Shown here: positions 53,081-64,000 of the stretch, one piece after another
Numbering within the stretch: the stretch's first letter is position 1
Layout: each line of letters opens with the position of its first letter
NCBI GenBank assembly: GCA_951406725.2
Contig: OX597815.1
Span: 62,558,001-62,622,000, forward strand
Reading direction: 5' to 3'
From: Octopus vulgaris
Lineage: Eukaryota
Length of the DNA stretch: 64,000 bases
The notes under the pieces: generated by a model
The model's input: only the letters and a program-made list of their open reading frames with translations
Database searches by the model: none
What the model was told of the DNA's origin: nothing
Made by a program: the position numbers and the translations under genes

Positions 53081-53918
53081 TTTCAGAAGGCGAGAGGGAA
53101 AGCAATTGACCGTCGGTACGGTTCGTTAGAGCGGAGTTGTCGCTAATGAGTACACACGCCATGTTGCTAATTAAGTGCAACTTGTAATTAGGGCCTCGCT
53201 CTGCCCCGCTTCCTTACATCTCACCATACCAGTTAACTCCTACCCACACCCTACACCCACCTTCTAATTCACTATAATCCACTTTGCGACAGCCGTCACC
53301 ACCACCACCACCACCACCACCACCACCACCACCACCGTCGCCGCCGCCACTACTGCTGTCGCAACCTCCGCCGCCGCCATCTCCATCACCATCACTATCT
53401 CCGCCATTCCTAAAAACCTTCGTTACAATCGTCAATGCTATTGTTGCAGGAAACAATACCACCACCACCACCAACAACAACAACAGCAACAATAACAGCA
53501 ACAACATTATTATCACTAACATCATGACCACTAACACCAATAACCACCACCACTGGCAACACAACCACCGCCACGATATCCACTATAACCATCATCATCA
53601 TCATCATCATCATCATCACTACTATCATCCCCATCTCTACCACTGACGTACCAGCACCACCACTATCACCTTCATGACTATTGTTACTGCCACAACCAGC
53701 GCAAATATAACCACCACTGCCATCACAAAAAAAAAACTATCAAAAAACTACACTGCCACTACCGTTATCGTCATCATCGTCATGACTACACCTCTACAAC
53801 AGCCACTAACCACTACCTCCACCACCGACCCTACTACAACAAATTTCGACTAACCAACGCCATTGATAATCCATCACCACCATCACCACCACCACCACCA
53901 CTACCTACAGCTATTATA

Positions 53919-53982
<64 letters not shown>

Positions 53983-54619
53983 ATACCACTTCAACTCGCC
54001 ACCCCAACCCTAGCTATAAACTCTCGTGATTCCAGAGACAGCCATGATGGCGGCTTGAGAGCTCTTACCATAACTTCATTTTCGTTTCATTCGTTCGCTT
54101 CTTCGCTTAGGATCTTCCTTGTATTCTCGCCATCTTTTCCGTCCCTGCTTGCATCCAGACAGCCATCTTTCTAGTTCTCTACCATTTTTTTGCTTTCATT
54201 TTCTGTTAATTTCTCTTTTATTGCCAAGTTCTTTTCTTGTGGGAGCTCTCTCTCTCTCTCTCTCTCTTTCTTTCTCTCTCTCTCTCTCTCACACACACAC
54301 ATTTACACGCATACAGTCATACAGTCACATTCGCGTATACCCAACATACACATACATAGACACACATATACACACACTCACGTATACCGACTGATAAACA
54401 CGCATACATACACTCACTCACATACACCCGTCTACACACACACACATACATATTCACGTAGCCCCCCCACACATCCACACACTTGTATTTCTATTTTAGA
54501 TGGTGATGTACAACATGGCGTTTGCAATCCCCCCTTTTTTTCTTAAATGAAATTTAAAAATTTCTTTTTTGGAGTAAGACGATGGAAAATGTGTATGAAC
54601 TTTCCTATTTTATTTATCA

Positions 54620-54965
54620 CTTGCTTCTCTCTTTGGACTGCGGTCATGCTGGGGCACCACCTTGACCTGCGTTTTTGTTAAAAAGATCGACCCCAGGAAT
54701 TATTTTTAAGGTTGGTACTTATTCTACCAATCTCTTTTACCGAACTGAAACGTAGACAAAACATTACCAGTTGTCAAGCAGTGAAGTGTGGACAAACACA
54801 GACGCAAGCACATATATACAGCAGGCTTCCACACAGTTTCTTTTTAACAAATTCACTCACCCGGCACTTATCAGTCTAAACATATAACAGAAGTGCAATA
54901 GAACTGAACCAGAAACCATGTGTTTGCAAAGCGAATTTCTTAATCACAATGACATGTCTATGCTT
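54620..54965 (-). mobile_element. SINE family A, old copy
   Basis: gactgcggtcatgctggggcacc, gatcgaccccagga, gaactgaaccagaaaccatgtg. Confidence 0.7.
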
Positions 54966-55707
54966 AATCGTACCAATTGTTATGAAAGGAAAAAAATTTA
55001 CAAAGTTAACTTTCAGAAGTGAAGACTTAATTTAGCTCGAAGGTTGTCAGTGGCTTACGGAGGAAGGTTAGTCTTTGGGATACGGTACTAGTTATGCTGA
55101 AGTTGTACTTTCGCCAGGAGAAACCGTTAGAGCACGGAGAAATCACATTGTCAGCCAACTGGAAAAGTATTGTCTGACGATGTGTTTGCTCCATGCTGGC
55201 CCTATAAATTGCACTTACTGGTTGCATCTGTAGTGTGACGTCATGTGTTGCCGAATACTGACACATACGTAACAAATAGAGTTATGGATTACCAAACTAT
55301 GCCCATGTCCTTTTCTCTTGTTATTGTTGTGCTCCTTATATTACGTCATAGTCCATCATCAGATTGGGACACCCTGTGTGTACAAGCGATGGTGGGAATA
55401 TAACGTGTTCAACAGTAGAGCGGAAATTTATGTCATTGAATTGTCGCGCGTCGAGTACAACCAATCATATCTGTATATGTGTGCGTATGTGCTGTGTGTT
55501 GCATGTATTGTGTGCGTGTGTGTGTGTGCATATGTGTGTACTATTTTATTAAAACTGAAAAAAACTGTCTTATGAACGGCCATATGGAACAATTAGTGAA
55601 GATTTTATCTGCTCTAATAAAATAGTATATTACTCTACCTTAGGTATTCGAGTATTATTTCCTCCACCTTATTTTTCATCTACCTATAAGATGACCTGTA
55701 TATATAC

Positions 55708-55744
<37 letters not shown>

Positions 55745-55760
55745 CGTGTGTGTGTGTGTG

Positions 55761-56088
55761 AAGGCGCATTGCTCAGTGGTTAGAGCGTTGAGCTTACGAT
55801 CGTGAGGTTGTGAGCTCGAATCCCGGACCGGACTGCGTGTTGTGTTCTTGAGCAAGACACTTTATTTCACGTTGCTCCAGTTCACTTAGCTTTAGAAATG
55901 AGTTGCGACGTCACAGGTAACAAGCTGTATCGGCCCTTCCCTTTCCCTTGGATAGCACTGGTGGCATGGAGAGGGGAGGCTGGTATGCATGGGCGACTGG
56001 TGGTCTTCCATAAACAACCTTGCCCGGATTTGTGCCTGAGAGGGTAACTTTCTAGGTGTAATTCCATGGTCTGTGTAGTGACCGAATA
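55761..56088 (+). mobile_element. SINE family C (tRNA head plus CORE-like domain), full length
   Basis: Box A gctcagtggttagagc, box B gagctcgaatccc, CORE-like tgttgtgttcttgagcaagacactttatttcacgttgctccagt. Confidence 0.85.
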
Positions 56089-56132
<44 letters not shown>

Positions 56133-56607
56133 CTGTCATCTATTATGTCCCTGCCGCAAGGCTTCACTTCCACACACACCAGCTTAATTTAATTCGTCCT
56201 TCGTCGAAAGACATCTGTCGTTTACATTTGTATTTGTGTACAATTTCTCCGTTTTTTTCTCCGTCCTTGTTTTCATATACATTCGCTGCTTTATTTCAAG
56301 GAATCTAACGCTCTTAGCTTAGATTTTCCTTGGGGCTGGCCAGATTGGAGCAGTCTCGAGTATAACCAGCCGAAACTGCACAGATAATCTAGAACTCGAC
56401 TGAGGAAAGAAAACTCCGAACGACCCGTCCTTGTTTTTCATGTCCCTTTTTGTATCATCCAATTGTCTGGATGTTTTGTTGTCGCCTGTTGCGTTCTTGT
56501 CCCATTTTTGTATTCTTATAAATATATATATATATACACATATATTGCGAAATTCTTTTCTTGTGGGAACTCACACACACACACATATAAAGAGACACAC
56601 ACACACA

Positions 56608-57225
56608 ACTTGTTTTAGATCTCTGAGCAAGAGATCTACATAAACAGTACCGGATAGTAACGTTTATATGCCAACAGAATGGGGCAGTCCTATATTGGAT
56701 GACGTTAGTGTTACTATAGGCCCAGGAAAACATCGTTTCCAGCTGGCTATCGACACACACTTTGTGTTCGTTTGTAGCACTTGCAAGGGAGGTCATCGCT
56801 CCCTCAGCCTGCTGGAAAAGATGTTTTCCTGGGTCTAGAACAACAGTAACACCGTCCTATATAGGACTGCCAAGTCCTGTTGGCATATAAACATTACTAT
56901 CCGGTACTGATACTGTAGATCTCTCGCTCAGAGTTTTAAAACAAGTTATTTTTCTCTATACGAGATCAGCGACTGTGTGCCGATTAAAAAAACATAGTAT
57001 TTGCAAGTGAAGGGAGCTTTCGTCACTAGCTTGTGGCTAACTCACACTAAGGACTGATAACATCAAGAAACCTAGATTTGTGAGTATCAAGTAAGACTAG
57101 AGATGGGAGCGATGACCTCCCTTGAAAATGCTATAAGAGCACAGATTGTGCGTCGACAGCCAGCTGGAAAAGATGTTTTCCTGGGGCTATAACAACAGTA
57201 ATATTCGTCTTATGTTGGCACAGAA
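56608..57225. mobile_element. Inverted/tandem cluster of a hammerhead-bearing non-coding repeat
   Basis: 56608-56746 and 56808-56948 are inverted arms. 57100-57210 is the rc of about 56695-56805. A decayed core ggaCTGATAAcatcaaGAAAC lies at about 57051. Confidence 0.75.
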
Positions 57226-57815
57226 ACAAGGTAAATTTTAGCCATTTCACCGCAGACTAAAAAATTGATGAACAATCTTAATCGGTTTTCGAACCTTATC
57301 GGGTTGTTATCAGAGGCGTCCACACCATTCTGACAATCTCCATGTTTGTATATTGTATAATAGTAGTATAGCGACGTGTGTATAAATGCATATAAGTGTA
57401 ACTCGTTTGACTGTATGTAGGTATGTGCTATCATGTACAAACACATTATGATGGATTCTGGAGTAGTAGCATGAGTAATTCTGTCACCTTGACAATACTA
57501 CACAGTTTACACCTTATTCCATTCTCTCTTCTCTCTCCTCCCTGTTTTTTCTCTTTGTCTTTCTCCTATTTATTTATCTCTAGTTACCTTTCTAGTCCCA
57601 TTTAAAGAAATCAATTCGCTGTGACACAGTCCGGTGATTATTTTATGGCCCGTTGACCCTTGACATCATAGCCGGTTAAATTTAGCTAACTCTGAGTGTG
57701 TCTTCACTCTTATCAATGGTGTCGAACTGAAGAAAACAGCCTTTTCATGATCGAATTATTAGGCAACTAAAAATGTGTTTGAAACAGGTGTAGTGAACCC
57801 TTAACCCATTTTTGT

Positions 57816-57884
<69 letters not shown>

Positions 57885-57887
<3 letters not shown>

Positions 57888-58080
57888 ACCGTTGACGATT
57901 TCTTTTCCTCTGTCTTCCCTTCTCTGGATCTTTCCTTCTCCTATGTTTCCGACGAAGAGCTCCGCTCGAAACGTTAAGCCCTCCTTCTTTTCTTCTTTCC
58001 TGACCGTCCAATAATACTATATTTATTCCACGTCTTCGCGTTGTTGTGTTTTTTTTTGTGCTTTCTTGTTTGGATTAACT
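57885..58080 (+). mobile_element. Solo PLE terminal-repeat remnant with hammerhead-like motif (57945-57979)
   Basis: ttt-CCGACGA-A-GAGC tcc GCTC-GAAACGTTAAG parallels 12274-12311. Flanked by (TA)n/(TG)n. Confidence 0.65.
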
Positions 58081-58812
58081 ATATATATATATACACGCGC
58101 ACGCACACACACAAGCACAAATATATATTACATATATAGTCAGCCAGGTTTACTCTCTTACCTTATTCTTTCTCTGTTTCTCTGTTTCTGTCTGATTGTT
58201 TCTCTCTCACTCATTCTCTCTCTCTCTCCGCGCGTGTGTGTTTCTCTTGCTCTCCCTCTCTTTCTTTCCTCACTTTCCATGTCCATCTCTGTCACTTTTT
58301 CTCTCGCACACTATGCTGTGCATGTGTATATGTCTATACTTGTGTCTGTTTACATATATGTGTGTGTGTGTGTGTGATCGTCCATATATATATGAATGAG
58401 CACGTGTGAATGTGTGTGCATGTGTGTGTGTGTGACTATTTTTCTCACATATAAACTCTTAATTTGAATGTTTGCGTCAGGCTAACTGTCGATTAATCTC
58501 TATTCAGAATCATTAACCGGTCCGAACCAAGGCAAGAACGCTATCTGACCCACACCTACCTATCTACCTACCTACACCTTTTTCTTCCACAAACTATGGT
58601 GAAATATCTAGAAACTCCATGTGACTGAGGTACCTTAGGTAATGAAGACGAAACATTGAAATCGCTGTAAAACTTTAATAAACGCACGCATACACATACA
58701 CATACACACACACAAATATGTGTATGTACATGCATATCTATACCTATATCTGTATATATATATATATATATCGATCTGTGTGTGTTTATGTATATATACT
58801 TACATGTATGCA

Positions 58813-58868
<56 letters not shown>

Positions 58869-58882
58869 GGTGTCTGTATATA

Positions 58883-59094
58883 CAGAGTTGTCCAAAAGTC
58901 ACCCGACAGTAAATCAAAATTCCTAAATACTATAATTCTTTATTGACTGGTATGGAAAAATGTGTCGCTCAAGAAGGACTTCAGTTTGAACAATTTTCAT
59001 GAATATTTCATACTTAGATGTTTTTATTAAATTCATTCAGTTGTTAGACATAAATAAATCTTGGAATTAAATGGGTGACTTTTGGCCAACCCTG
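58883..59094. mobile_element. Tc1/mariner-type MITE
   Basis: TIRs CAGAGTTGTCCAAAAGTCACCC / GGGTGACTTTTGGCCAACCCTG (20/22 match), with TA on both flanks. Confidence 0.85.
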
Positions 59095-59404
59095 TATATA
59101 AAACATTAACATAGGCAGCAATGCGCAATGTTTTACCAAAAAAGGAAAACTATAACTCTCACTAAATATGACTAGGGTGTTAGAACGTGTGGGGGGGGGG
59201 GCGACACACACACACACACACGCATACATGCACATGTTCTACTCTATGTGACTGAGTTACTTTAGGTGATCAAGAGGAAACATCGAAATCTCTGTAAAAC
59301 ACACACACACACAGACATACACACACAAATATGTCTATATATGTATGTGTATGTACATGCATATCTATATTTAGGGGTAATTATAGCTTCCATTTATTAT
59401 ATAC

Positions 59405-60652
59405 AAGGTGCGAGGGGTATTTGAGGACATTTTTAGTTCATTACACCTTCAAATTATTTAATGCATCCCCTTCCTTTTTTTTTTATCTCTGTGAAGATAT
59501 CATTCTAACTCAAGAAATGAAAATATATGCAGTCATAGTTGCTATTCATTCAAACCACAGTGATTTAGAAATCAGCAACTTTCTAAATGTTACAAGATCA
59601 TTTGTACACAAAGTTCGGCTGGAATTGAAGGCATGTGGTGATAATGTTTCACCTGTATCAAAGAGAAAAACACATTCACAACTCGTAGACACTAAAAGGA
59701 CACCGGAATTTATACCACATGTTCAAAATATTATCAAACCCCAGAAGATCAATGAGGTCCATTGCTAAAGAACTTCGGGTGTCAGAGTGGACTACCAAAA
59801 CTGTGGTACATCATGATATCCGATACAATCCCTATGTAATGAGGAAAGGCCAATTCATGTCTGCAAAGAGACAGACAAACAAACCGTCTCATCCGTTCAA
59901 AATGGTTACTTAACAAAGTGAAAAGCCCTCACGAACAAAGCATGCTTTGGTTTTTCTCTGACGAAAAACCTTTGACCGGGTTAAAAAGTCTAACAGTAGA
60001 AATGACAGGTGGCTATATGCAGATCTTTCTGAAGCACCCAGAGTGATGTACACGAAATTTCCAGCAACTGAGATGGCTTTAGGAATGGTGAGTAGCGAAG
60101 ATCATGCTTCCCACTTTTTCCACAGGGTCTTAGAATTAATGCTGCTGGATACATTGAGGTACTGGAAACTGTTATCAAGCCATGGATTGATGAAGTATGC
60201 AATGGAAGGCCATATATGCTTTAACAAGACCCAGCACCTTCTCACAAAGCCCTTGTCACGTAAGAAAGGTTGTCAGACAATCTTTACGATTATGTAATAC
60301 CCAATATGTGGCCTTCAAACTCGCCAGGTTTGAACCCCATGGACTACTACGTGTGGAGCGCTGTTGAAAGAGAGACTAATCGTCATCCTCATGAAACCAT
60401 AGCTTCACTGAAGGCCTCCATTGTCCAGGTCATGTCCAAAATAAATAAGGACCATATAGTGTCAACATGCTAGCGGTTTCGGTCTTTCATTGAAGCAGTT
60501 ATCGAAGCCGGAGGCGGTTTCATAGAATAATTTGCTTAAAAACATTATTATCAAGACTAATTGCACAAATGTTTATTCAAATGCGTATCTATTTATGCTG
60601 AAATATAGTTGTTTTATTGTATACGAAAGCTGACCTCAAATACCCTTCGCAC
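59405..60652 (+). mobile_element. Near full-length DD37D (maT) transposon with inactivated transposase
   Basis: TIRs ggtgcgaggggtatttgagg / cctcaaatacccttcgcacc. HTH regions LEISNFLNVTRSFVHKVR and SMRSIAKELRVS, then WFFSDEK and QD-(37 residues)-LNPMDYYVWS, ending EAGGGFIE*. Multiple stops and frameshifts. Confidence 0.9.
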
Positions 60653-61230
60653 CAGGACCAGCCTTAAGCCGATCTGACCGACTCCTCCCAATCACGCTCC
60701 GTGCCGAATTGGGCCTCGCGGCAAAGGAGGCCCCGCAAACAAGAGGCCACATTCTATACTGCGACTTTTCATAAAGGTGGTCTCCCTGAAGTCTTTTAAA
60801 ATAATCTAAATGGTCTTTCAAAAATAAAAAAATAAAAAAACATACATTCTACACTTTCTACACAAGATATCAAAAGATAAACCCATTCATCCAAAACTGC
60901 TTGAAGAAATTTATTGTATTTTTAGTCTAAGGGTCAATATGCATGTTTGTATATGAATGTTTAGGAGTGTTTATGGGGATGTTTGGGTAAAATGTGTGTG
61001 TGTCTGTGATAGTATGTGGGTGAATTGTATGTATATATGTGTGCGTATGTTTTGTGTATGTCACTTTCTATATGCTTAATTTTGGGGAAACTTTTTTATT
61101 CCAATAGAGTGTACTTTTTGTATATGTTTAATTTTGGGGACACTATGCTTTCAGTAAAGATTATTTTATGTATGTATGTATGTATGTATGTATGTATGTA
61201 TGTATGTATGTATGTATGTATGTATGTATG

Positions 61231-61281
<51 letters not shown>

Positions 61282-61654
61282 CTATTAAAGAAGGCAAAGA
61301 ATTAAAAAAAATAATAAAATCGAAAGGCTAAATGGATGTGTATGTGTAAAAGAATTCAGTACTCAGTATTTTGGCAACAATGGATAAAGGTTAAGAGTTC
61401 ATTTATTTTTGATAGTGCTTTGGTTGAGGTTTTTGTACATATGTGTGTAATTGTATATGTATGTATTTTTATTTTGTGAGGAATTGTATACATATACACG
61501 CGCGCGCGCTCATGTATGTGTGTGTATAGTGGGAGAGAGAAAGATAGGGGAGGTGAGATAAAGTTTTTTGTCTCTTGTTCAAAATCGAAGTTCTGTTTGC
61601 AATGGCACCCATTTAGGTTTTAAATACACAGTCACACACACACACACATACACA

Positions 61655-61723
<69 letters not shown>

Positions 61724-62210
61724 GTATCTACTACTATAAAGTAGGAGATATTTGGTGTCACACGCTTGTGCTAAATCCAGAAACATATGGCAGAGAAACA
61801 AAGTTCTTCCCACACAGATAAGAGTGTGTCTTACAACAGAGCTTATGGAACAAAAAATGATCGGTAAGTATATAACCAGCTTCCGAAAAATTCTAATTAA
61901 TAATTATTATCAATTTGCATTTTATGTATATCTCTTATAGCGTAACAACATGCCACAAATAAAAGCTTCTTTGGGATCTTGTTAAATTTCTTTCCGATTT
62001 TTACCAGAATATTTTTAAAAGGCGTAATTTATATGTTGTTTGAATTTATAACACCCAACTCGATTTCGTTGAGAAATAATGTTTTATCCTCGTTTTCCTC
62101 TTTTTTATGTGTGCTATCAACTAATCTCATCTCTTAATATACTGCAAATAGCATAGTTCCACAAATTATCCGTTTCAGAAAGTTACCACACAGACACACA
62201 GACACACACA

Positions 62211-62255
<45 letters not shown>

Positions 62256-62359
62256 ATATACACACGTATAAATATAAACATAATACGTGTATGTATACGT
62301 GTGTATATCATTATCATCATGGTTTGGCATGGTTTGGCATAATAGACATTTTTGTATTT

Positions 62360-62721
<362 letters not shown>

Positions 62722-62809
62722 TATATATACATACACACACATGTCCGTGTGTGTGTGTGTGTGCATGTAATTGTGTGTATGTATGTGAATGTGTGTGTGT
62801 GTGCGCGCG

Positions 62810-63152
62810 TCATTGTGTCTGTGTTTGTCCCCCACCGCCGCTTGACAACTGGTGTCGGTGTGTTTGCTTCCCTGCAACTTTGCGGTTCAGCAGAACTGAC
62901 CGATAAAGTAAGAACCATGCTTGAAAGTAAAATAAGTACTGGGGTAGACTCGCTTGTCTAAAATTCTTCAAGGCGTTACTCCATTAAGGCCACAATTTAC
63001 TGACTGAAAAAAGTAAAAGATAAAAAAATAATTTATATATACATAGGCGCAGGAGTGGCTTTGTGGTAAGTAGCTTGCTTACCAACCACATGGTTCTGGG
63101 TTCAGTCCCACAACGTGGGACCTTGGGCAAGTCTCTTCTATTGTAGCCTCGG
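62810..63152 (+). mobile_element. SINE family A 3' half followed by a second copy's 5' part
   Basis: 62810-63030 is body and tail. 63044-63152 is a head: aggcgcaggagtggctttgtggtaagtagc... Confidence 0.85.
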
Positions 63153-63159
63153 AACCCAA

Positions 63160-63800
63160 TACTTTTATTTTTTGTAAGTAGTTTAAAGTCATCCTGTGAA
63201 CCAGGTGATTTATTCTCACATTTGTTTTGGAAAACTCAGTCACTTCTGGATATTCTCAGTATAATTGTCACGAGAATTAACGCAAAGACGAAGAGTAGTG
63301 GAGAGAGTGAGTTTACTTGGAAAATTCCCTTGCGCATTTTTACGTTTCCTAACGATTCATTCACGCATGCCATTTCTACTTCCCACGCACTCATTACATT
63401 TCCCCCAAAAGCTGCTTATCCTCTCACTGACTCCAAGCGTTCTCAGGCATTCCAAAAGCTAGCAGCGTGGAACATTTTCGTAAGCCTTCCTGTAATCTAT
63501 CCAGCCAACAGCTAAAGTCTTCTAATTTAATATCCTACGATAATATACAGCAGATCAGCAGCTTTCTTTGACATCTTTTTGCTCCTCTGGCATCCAGAAT
63601 AATGCTAAACATTTAATAAACTGTTGACTTAACTCTTTTCTTTCTTTGTCCATTCATATCAGCACTGTCCTTCCTTTTGTCATCCATGTTGGCATTCTGT
63701 TTTCACTGCAGTCAATACGAAATGGGTCGTGTATAGCTGTATATATTTAAGAGATTTTTGCGCTAGAAACCCTGAGCACCGTCTGGTCTGGGAATTTTGG
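63160..63800 (-). mobile_element. R4/Dong-like LINE RT fragment, decayed
   Basis: rc motifs IDYRKAYENVP..LLECL, RGIFQVNSLSPLLFVFAL, INHLV..DDFKL. Confidence 0.75.
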
Positions 63801-63805
63801 GTATT

Positions 63806-64000
63806 GCTAGCACGCCGGGTAAAATGATTAGCGGTATTTCTTCCGACTCCTTACATTCTGGGTTCAAATCCCGCAGAAGTCGATTTTAGCTCCCGTCTTT
63901 TCGGCTCCATAAAATTAAGTACTTAACAAGAATTGTAATCGATTTGTCCCTTCCCATTAAAATTGCTAGCTTTCTACCCAAACTTGAATTATTATTATTA
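63806..64000 (+). mobile_element. SINE family B, diverged, (ATT)n tail
   Basis: tagcacgccgggtaaaatgattagcggtatttc...gggttcaaatcccgc. Confidence 0.75.

Noticed and set aside
55761-55835. tRNA-like sequences (also the heads at 28812, 31258, 45545, 47333)
   Set aside because: They have A/B boxes but no intact cloverleaf or terminator and continue into SINE bodies, so they are not tRNA genes.

Overview
Repeat-dominated, AT-rich eukaryotic (metazoan) DNA. The SINE families and the very high microsatellite density resemble octopus or other coleoid cephalopod DNA; this is inferred from recollection, not from a search. I found no convincing host protein-coding exon, and almost all short ORFs in the track are microsatellite translations. 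The window holds a 2.1-kb ORF1-only (half-L1-like) retroelement with a 16-bp TSD nested in a SINE, and a young 5'-truncated Tx1/L1-clade LINE. It also holds a Penelope-like element (RT thumb plus GIY-YIG), several Penelope-type terminal-repeat remnants with minimal hammerhead motifs, and CR1-like and R4/Dong-like LINE fragments. DNA-transposon content comprises two DD37D (maT) relics, several MITEs and a Helentron-type element. There is also a 5S rRNA pseudogene and about 25 copies of three tRNA-derived SINE families. The most notable signals are: (i) a shared 3' stem-loop tail linking the Tx1 LINE, one SINE family and the ORF1-only element; (ii) a second SINE-LINE tail match, to a CR1-like LINE; (iii) hammerhead-bearing non-coding Penelope-type repeats in tandem and inverted arrangements; (iv) a helically phased cluster of TAATCC homeodomain sites.
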